A DNA stretch of 32,000 nt. Origin: Bellilinea caldifistulae. GTDB taxonomy: Bacteria > Chloroflexota > Anaerolineae > Anaerolineales > Anaerolineaceae. The notes under the pieces are model-generated. The model ran no database searches. It worked only from the letters and a program-made list of their open reading frames with translations, and was not told the DNA's origin. A program made the translations under genes and the position numbers. The stretch's first letter is position 1; the number at the start of each line of letters is the position of its first letter. This document shows, piece by piece, positions 26,508-32,000 of this stretch. Location: NCBI RefSeq assembly GCF_001306055.1, contig NZ_LGHJ01000019.1, positions 180,001-212,000 on the forward strand. The letters run 5' to 3'.

Positions 26508-27218
26508 TTATTCACCCTTCTGAGGATGATAACTTCCTTCAATCCATTCTTCGCCATTCGGCATGATTTCTTTTTTCCAGATTGGGACGATTTCCTTCAA
26601 TCGGTCAATTCCGTAGCGGGCGGCTTCAAATACCCCTGTATCCCGATGAGCTGCCGTGCAGGCAATCATGACGGTAGGTGTGCGCGGTTTGAGATGACCG
26701 ACGCGTTGCACAATTGCAATGCCTTCGACTGCCGGCCAGCGGGCGCGGATTTCTGCGGCGACCTGTGCCATTTTGGCTTCTGCCATCGGTACATAGGCCT
26801 CGTATTCCAGCGCAATGGTCTGGTGGACTTCGCCGCGCCACGTTTCCCCCCGCACCATGCCGGTAAAGATGCAGGCGGCACCGGTTGTCGGCAAGGTAAT
26901 CTCATCTAGTAGTTCGTTCAAGTCCAATTCCTCCGAGGTGATTCGGAAAATCGTCGGCGGGCTGCCCCCGCTGACCGGCGGAAAGAAAGCCACCTCATCC
27001 CCGGCTTGAATCCAGTCCTCATCAGCGGCGTACTGCTGGTTTACTGCCACCAGTACATTCGCCAGCCGCTCGTTGATTAGGGGAAAACGCTCCCCCAGCA
27101 AGCGCTTCAAATCCGCTACCCGAAGAGGCTGGGGCAAGACAATCATTTCTTTATCCACCCCGCATAATTCTTTAAGATGAGCAAAGAACAAGACTTTTAT
27201 CGCTCCCATTTCACTCAT
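26508..27218 (-). CDS. Fused molybdopterin synthase MoaD-MoaE (MoaX-like)
   Basis: The N-terminal roughly 85 aa is MoaD/ThiS-like and ends FFPPVSGG, followed directly by a MoaE domain ([15 protein letters not shown]...[12 protein letters not shown]...IWKKE). The start overlaps the moaC stop by 8 nt. Confidence 0.8.
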   Translation of the reverse strand: MSEMGAIKVLFFAHLKELCGVDKEMIVLPQPLRVADLKRLLGERFPLINERLANVLVAVNQQYAADEDWIQAGDEVAFFPPVSGGSPPTIFRITSEELDLNELLDEITLPTTGAACIFTGMVRGETWRGEVHQTIALEYEAYVPMAEAKMAQVAAEIRARWPAVEGIAIVQRVGHLKPRTPTVMIACTAAHRDTGVFEAARYGIDRLKEIVPIWKKEIMPNGEEWIEGSYHPQKGE

Positions 27219-27693
27219 TGATCACATCTCCACTTACACCGCCGCGTTTTTCTACCAGACGAATGTTTTGAATGCGGGCTGTTTTTTCAACTGCTTTGAC
27301 CATGTCGTAAACGGTCAGGGCTGCCACCGCTACCGCGGTCAGGGCTTCCATCTCAACCCCGGTTTTGCCACTGCTCTTCAAGCGCGCGGTGATTTCGACG
27401 CCCGGTAATTCATCCCGAATTTGTAAATCAACCTGAACCTGATGGATGGGAATCGGATGGCACAGGGGAATTAACTCGGCGGTGCGCTTGGCAGCTTGAA
27501 TACCGGCAATCTGGGCTACCGTCAGCACGTCGCCCTTTTTCATCAGACCCGCACGTATTAATGAGATGGTTTCGGGTTTTAGGTGGACTTCGCCTTTTGC
27601 GACGGCTGTTCGTTCCGTTTCCGGCTTTGAGCCGACGTCCACCATACGCGCCCGGCCTTCTTCATCAATGTGAGATAGTTTCGAATCGGTCAT
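27211..27693 (-). CDS. moaC: Cyclic pyranopterin monophosphate synthase MoaC
   Basis: [24 protein letters not shown] and LIPLCHPI motifs. The ATG at 27693 is preferred over the ORF-track start at 27762. Confidence 0.85.
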   Translation of the reverse strand: MTDSKLSHIDEEGRARMVDVGSKPETERTAVAKGEVHLKPETISLIRAGLMKKGDVLTVAQIAGIQAAKRTAELIPLCHPIPIHQVQVDLQIRDELPGVEITARLKSSGKTGVEMEALTAVAVAALTVYDMVKAVEKTARIQNIRLVEKRGGVSGDVINE

Positions 27694-27699
27694 AGCAAA

Positions 27700-27753
27700 A
27701 TTATAATGCCAAACCGGCTTACACACCTTGGCCACTCCGCACAATGTTATAAT
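27700..27753. promoter_or_regulatory. Back-to-back -10 boxes for divergent moaC and scpA, each 6-7 nt from its ATG (leaderless-type)
   Basis: The palindrome ATTATAAT at 27700-27707 gives a minus-strand TATAAT 6 nt from the moaC ATG. The extended -10 TGtTATAAT at 27745-27753 lies 7 nt from the scpA ATG at 27761. Neither spacer contains an SD. Confidence 0.45.
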
Positions 27754-27760
27754 CAGCCGC

Positions 27761-28567
27761 ATGAGTCTTCAAATCGCCGCTCACCAGACCGAGCATTATC
27801 AGGTCAACACGGAGGTATTCAACGGCCCTCTGGATCTATTGCTGGAATTGATTGAACGGGCTGAACTGGATATCACCCGTCTGGCGCTGGCACAGGTCAC
27901 CGATCAATATCTGGAATACATGCATCGGTTGCAGCAACACAATCCGGCCGAGGTATCCGCTTTCCTGGTCATCGCTGCACGGCTGGTTCAGATAAAATCG
28001 GCCGCCCTGCTGCCTCGCCCAGCCGTCATTGAAACCAGCATAACCGAAGAAGACCCCGGAGAAGCCCTCGCCCGTCAGTTGATCATTTACAAGCGCTTCA
28101 AAGAACTGGCTGGCTATCTTCAGCAACGCGAGGAAAGTCAGCTGCGCACCTACCTGCGCCTAGCCCCTCCCCCTCATCCATTACCGCCGGCTCGTCTTGA
28201 TTTGAGCGGCTTGACTTTGAAGGATCTGGTTAACGCCGCAAGGAGTGTGTTTTTCAATAAACCGACACTTACCGCCTTGGATCGGGTGGTTAGTATGCCT
28301 CGCATCACCATCCGCGAGAAAATTCAAACCATCATCCACCGCTTACGCACTGGCGGAATGACCACTTTCCGCTCTCTCTTGCGACCAGATACCAGCCGCG
28401 TTGAGGTAGTGGTTACCTTTCTGGCGCTGCTGGAACTGGTCAAACGGCGCATCGTTGCCGCCCAGCAAAACGGCTTGTTTTCTGACATCGAAGTCCAACC
28501 CGCAGCTGATTTGAGCCGGGACATGGAAAATATCAACTGGGACGAAGATGAAGAAGAGCAACCGTGA
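27761..28567 (+). CDS. scpA: Segregation and condensation protein A (kleisin ScpA)
   Basis: [36 protein letters not shown]-terminus and a C-terminal winged-helix region ([15 protein letters not shown]). The ORF-track start at 27728 is a TTG inside the promoter. Confidence 0.85.
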   Translation: MSLQIAAHQTEHYQVNTEVFNGPLDLLLELIERAELDITRLALAQVTDQYLEYMHRLQQHNPAEVSAFLVIAARLVQIKSAALLPRPAVIETSITEEDPGEALARQLIIYKRFKELAGYLQQREESQLRTYLRLAPPPHPLPPARLDLSGLTLKDLVNAARSVFFNKPTLTALDRVVSMPRITIREKIQTIIHRLRTGGMTTFRSLLRPDTSRVEVVVTFLALLELVKRRIVAAQQNGLFSDIEVQPAADLSRDMENINWDEDEEEQP

Positions 28568-28577
28568 AAGAGAAGCG

Positions 28578-29135
28578 TCATTCCTCTGATGGCAGATTTT
28601 CGCTCTCTTCAGCCACCAGCTCCACCGGCAACCGTCCGCTGACCCAGACGATCATCATATTCAGGTCATACTCATGCGTGGTATCCTCCGGATAGGCCTC
28701 AGCAAAAGCATCATCCAGCGTTACAAAATTATCCTTTTCCGGCCAACGGGTTAAAAATCCGGGCAGGACGGCACGGTCGGCTTCCACCGGCAACACTTCC
28801 CAGCCCCTGGATTGTAAAAACGCCACCACTTTGGCGGCTAAATCGGTGTGCAGTTCAAACCACGCCTGACAGATTTGTGCCACCATCTCCGGAGAACGCT
28901 CAAAGGCCGAAACAGACGCACGACTTTTGAGCGCTGCCGGCGCCAGGGTGCTGTTGCGAAAACCGGCCACTTTCACCAGTTTCTTCACCAGCCGGTTGAT
29001 TGCGGCTTGGCGCTCCTCGGACAGACGGTCGAAATTGCCAAAGACCTCCTGAAGCAATTTCAGGCGGTATTCCGGCAGCATAAATTCATTGATTGCGTGA
29101 AAAGGGATGAAGCGGACTTGTTTTTCTTTACTCAT
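28578..29135 (-). CDS. Hypothetical protein (185 aa), no family recognised
   Basis: Clean ORF with protein-like composition and an acidic C-terminus. The ATG at 29135 sits 7 nt downstream of a minus-strand TATAAT (29148-29143). The ORF-track start at 29159 is a GTG. Confidence 0.55.
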   Translation of the reverse strand: MSKEKQVRFIPFHAINEFMLPEYRLKLLQEVFGNFDRLSEERQAAINRLVKKLVKVAGFRNSTLAPAALKSRASVSAFERSPEMVAQICQAWFELHTDLAAKVVAFLQSRGWEVLPVEADRAVLPGFLTRWPEKDNFVTLDDAFAEAYPEDTTHEYDLNMMIVWVSGRLPVELVAEESENLPSEE

Positions 29136-29165
29136 GGGCGCAATTATAATCGAATGCACGCCGAT

Positions 29166-30113
29166 TCAGGCAGTTGTAACCCGATCGCTCAATTCATCCA
29201 GCATGGCCACTTCTTCATCGGTCAAACGCCAGCCAGTCGCCCCCAGATTATCCTCTGCCTGACGCACATTTTTGATTCCCGGGATTGGCAGCGCGCCTTT
29301 GCAAATTACCCAATTGATGGCCACCTGAGAGGGGGTCTTTCCCCCATGATCCTGCCCGATCTGGCGCATTTTTTGGATAAGCGGCTGAATCCGCTCCAGC
29401 AGGCGGCGGTTGTAACGCCTTTCACGAAAACCGCGCATCGGACTCTGAGGAGAGTACTTGCCGGTCAAAGCCCCCTGCGCTAGTGGACTGTAAGCAATCA
29501 GGCGCACGCCCAATTCCTGACACTGGCGCAACAACCCATCCTTCTCCACTTTCCGATTCAAAAGATGATATTCCACCTGATTGGACGCCAACCGCACCCC
29601 CAGCCGAGATAGACTTTCAAAAGCCCGCTGGGTTTGAGCACGGTCATAGTTAGAAACCCCCACGGCTTCTGCCAGACCATCCTGCACCGCTTCAGCCAGT
29701 GCTTCCATCCATGTTTCAATCCGCACCGGCGGAAAAGGCCAGTGAATCTGATACAACTCCACCTTGCTGCGTTCCAGCCGTTTGAGACTGCCCTGCAAGG
29801 CACGGCGCAATGAATTTTTACTCAACCGCCAGGGGAACGGCATAAATTTTGTGGCTATGCGAACCGAAAAATTCGTTTCCTGCATGAACTTACCCAACAA
29901 TCTTTCCGACCGCCCCTGCCCGTATACTTCTGCAGTATCAAAAAAGGTGAAACCTCTCTGGCAGCAGAACTCAAAGACTTCTTTCAAATCCTGATCACCG
30001 TATCCACTTCCGTACCCCCAAAAGATACGGTCACCCCACGCCCACGTACCAATTCCGATTTCGACATTTTCAAAGACCGGCATTGTGTTCAGTTGGACTG
30101 AATGTTCGCTCAT
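29166..30113 (-). CDS. Aldo/keto reductase
   Basis: GTWAWGD, FFDTAEVYG, LYQIHWP, AVGVSNY and IPGIKN motifs of the AKR superfamily. Confidence 0.85.
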   Translation of the reverse strand: MSEHSVQLNTMPVFENVEIGIGTWAWGDRIFWGYGSGYGDQDLKEVFEFCCQRGFTFFDTAEVYGQGRSERLLGKFMQETNFSVRIATKFMPFPWRLSKNSLRRALQGSLKRLERSKVELYQIHWPFPPVRIETWMEALAEAVQDGLAEAVGVSNYDRAQTQRAFESLSRLGVRLASNQVEYHLLNRKVEKDGLLRQCQELGVRLIAYSPLAQGALTGKYSPQSPMRGFRERRYNRRLLERIQPLIQKMRQIGQDHGGKTPSQVAINWVICKGALPIPGIKNVRQAEDNLGATGWRLTDEEVAMLDELSDRVTTA

Positions 30114-30139
30114 CGTTTTTTTCCGTGTTTTTTTAGATT

Positions 30140-31834
30140 TTATCTACGAATCACCGGCAGGTAAAGGCGTTCAGCGGACTGATCGGTTTCCACAATTACC
30201 GTGTTAGACGGTGGGCTTTCCCCCTCATGCAAATCATAAGCCCTTGCCCATATTCGCCAGCGTCCCTTGATTGGGAGGATCAGCACGGCCGAGTTGCGCA
30301 TGCTCACATCCACCCAGCCGATTGGTCCGCCCTCCTCCGGTTGATAGTACAAACGGTAACCAACCACATCGTTTTCGGGATTTTCTTTCCAGCGCAGGCG
30401 GGCGATTGCACCGCTCACCATCACCACTTGCAGGTCAAGCGGAGCGGAGGGCGGTTGGTAATACAATTGCGCCTGATTTTCCACAAACCCGCCGTCCGTC
30501 CAAACCTGTGTTGAGCAGTCATCTCCCCCACCAAACAGGATACCGACATAGCCAGCCTGCCACAGATCTTGTGGATGATGAAAAAGGTATGCCGCCCGAT
30601 TATCCCGGTAATTTTGACAGGTGTCGTTCAAATCCATGTTGCCGACCGGCACCTGCCACAAGAGCAGCCGTTTGTTCAACTGCTGAGCGAGTAAATGCCC
30701 CCACAAGATAGCCCGGTTTGGTCGGGGCAGTTCGGCATCACGGTCATCCCACCATGGGCGGATGCCGCGCCCGGCGTCCCGATCAGACCATTCCACCGTA
30801 ATCAAATCGGCACGCTCGGCGCCCATTTTGCGCATAAAACCAGCGGTGCGTCGGACATACTCCGTCAGGTCAGGCAGGCTTGCCAGCATCGGATCGCGGT
30901 TTACACCCCACATGGAGACCATTGGGGCAACCAGTGCATTCGGCGCACGGCTGTGGATCAGGTCAATGATATACTGTCCGAAGCCAGAAAGCGTATTGCT
31001 ATAACCGGTTTTATTTAAAGCCACTATGAATGAATCGGGGTCATCCGGTCGCACCCCTTCCGGTGGACTGTCAGAGTTACTGAGTTGCTGCATAAAACCG
31101 TAAAAATCCGGTTCAATGACAAAAATTACCGGCTGCTGACCATTTGCTTCATCAAGCGCTCTTTCGAGGCTTTGGAGATAATTCTCCACAACTTGCGGAT
31201 TTTTCAATCTTTCGGCATAGGCCGCAGCGTTTTCGTTACCGCCTGTTGCCCCCAGCATCATATAGACCGTAACAACCGGGACAAATCCATTATTCCATGA
31301 ATGTTGTACAAACCGTTTCACGAAGTTGCCGCCCCACCCTTCCCATCCCCAGGTGATATACTGATAAACATAACTCCACGGCAGACCGGTATTTTTCTGC
31401 CAGTCATCCGCCGGGTTCTCGCTCCACGCATTGCTCCCCCATCCCAGTTTTTGCGGCAATGCAGCCGGCAGTGGACTGCTGAAATCTCCCAGCGCGGATA
31501 ATACCCCCAAATAACGGGTGGAAACATTCTCATCGCGGTCCGTCGCTCGAATAAAAAGACCGATTTCACGTCCCGCCAGTTGAGCCGGAAGAACAAACGC
31601 CGCCCCAAAAACGCCGTCATTTGCCTCCTCATCATTGTTCAGGCCGTCGTCCAGCAACGGTACAGATTGCCAGTTCTCCCAATCGCTTTCCAGACTCACC
31701 TGCCCAATCGTATCACTTCCTTGCGGGTCATTCACCTCAGCCCGAACCACCAGCAGACTGGAACCAGCCCTGATGGAATGAGAACGATATTCCGCGTTCA
31801 AAATCTGCGGGGCATTCGCCGAAACACTTCCCAC
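30140..31834 (-). CDS. Secreted glycoside-hydrolase-like protein with a C-terminal fibronectin type III domain; the N-terminal part appears frameshifted
   Basis: Catalytic-looking core with VIFVIEPDFYG and LLLWQVPVGN (distantly reminiscent of GH6-type EPD / W.KxPG strings). The C-terminal FN3-like segment is PSAPLDLQVV...LRWKENPENDVVGYRLYY. The listed GTG start has no signal peptide, and the frame stays open upstream to a TAA at 31922-31924. Confidence 0.5.
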   Translation of the reverse strand: MGSVSANAPQILNAEYRSHSIRAGSSLLVVRAEVNDPQGSDTIGQVSLESDWENWQSVPLLDDGLNNDEEANDGVFGAAFVLPAQLAGREIGLFIRATDRDENVSTRYLGVLSALGDFSSPLPAALPQKLGWGSNAWSENPADDWQKNTGLPWSYVYQYITWGWEGWGGNFVKRFVQHSWNNGFVPVVTVYMMLGATGGNENAAAYAERLKNPQVVENYLQSLERALDEANGQQPVIFVIEPDFYGFMQQLSNSDSPPEGVRPDDPDSFIVALNKTGYSNTLSGFGQYIIDLIHSRAPNALVAPMVSMWGVNRDPMLASLPDLTEYVRRTAGFMRKMGAERADLITVEWSDRDAGRGIRPWWDDRDAELPRPNRAILWGHLLAQQLNKRLLLWQVPVGNMDLNDTCQNYRDNRAAYLFHHPQDLWQAGYVGILFGGGDDCSTQVWTDGGFVENQAQLYYQPPSAPLDLQVVMVSGAIARLRWKENPENDVVGYRLYYQPEEGGPIGWVDVSMRNSAVLILPIKGRWRIWARAYDLHEGESPPSNTVIVETDQSAERLYLPVIRR

Positions 31835-31919
31835 AAACTTGATCTCATCGAAATAAACCGTAACTCCAGTTTGATCACTGGCATTTTGCCAGTTGAGCCG
31901 GCTAATTTTGCGGTTGTCC

Positions 31920-31999
31920 GGGTTAAGATCGCTCAGCCGTATCTCAACCTTTTGCCATTGATTGGCTTTCGCCGTGAACGGTACGCGTGGCCCTTCATT
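31920..31999 (-). other. Upstream reading frame (different frame) that looks like the N-terminal continuation of the 30140-31834 gene (CBM-like beta-sandwich)
   Basis: The minus-strand frame open from the window edge reads NEGPRVPFTAKANQWQKVEIRLSDLN. After a 1-nt slip it joins PDNRKISRLNWQNASDQTGVTVYFDEIKFVGS in the frame of the downstream ORF. Confidence 0.4.
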
Positions 32000-32000
32000 A

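Noticed and set aside
20945-28567. smc plus scpA as a Wadjet/Lamassu-type SMC defence system
   Set aside because: The SMC is full-length (1201 aa) with canonical head, hinge and signature motifs. It follows rnc as in the B. subtilis rnc-smc arrangement. ScpA is a normal kleisin. No JetD/Toprim, Cap4 or other effector nuclease gene is present. This is the housekeeping condensin.
1-31999. Search for tRNA/rRNA genes, CRISPR repeats, IS inverted repeats, integrases and toxin-antitoxin pairs
   Set aside because: Intergenic space is minimal. The largest gaps are about 226, 200 and 161 nt. None shows a cloverleaf, regularly spaced repeats, or a transposase/integrase ORF. Nothing can be supported by eye.

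Overview
This is a dense, almost fully coding chromosomal segment. I can support 27 protein-coding genes, counting the partial malQ at the left edge and one gene at the right edge that looks frameshifted. By eye I found no rRNA, tRNA, CRISPR array, IS element, integrase or prophage marks.

Left to right, the genes are:
- malQ (5' truncated), an EamA permease, a ferredoxin, aspA and ppgK
- a minus-strand operon: rluE, an unknown membrane protein, ruvX, mltG
- a P/T-rich lipoprotein
- a five-gene DNA-end-processing operon: DEDDh exonuclease, degenerate UvrD-like ATPase, UvrD-type helicase, stand-alone Fe-S PD-(D/E)XK nuclease, recJ
- an AIM24/TIGR00266 protein, then rpsF-ssb-rpsR and a parvulin PPIase
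- a minus-strand run: moaC, a moaD-moaE fusion, a thrC-like gene, rnc, smc
- scpA, an unknown 185-aa protein, an aldo/keto reductase, and a secreted glycoside-hydrolase-like protein

The least textbook, most system-like element is the translationally coupled operon at 9461-17573. It reads like an AddAB/AdnAB-type helicase-nuclease split into separate polypeptides and bracketed by exonucleases of both polarities.

Secondary observations:
- a roughly 100-nt rod-like RNA structure ending in U9 between the ferredoxin gene and aspA
- a recurring ATTATAAT-type -10 box 6-9 nt upstream of ATGs that lack a Shine-Dalgarno, suggesting leaderless mRNAs
- a MoaX-type MoaD-MoaE fusion coupled to a ThrC-family PLP enzyme
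- an apparent 1-nt frameshift near 31920

The protein flavour suggests a Chloroflexota/Anaerolineae-like or other Terrabacteria genome, but that is an unverified impression. Every family call comes from motif recognition by eye. No database search was run.
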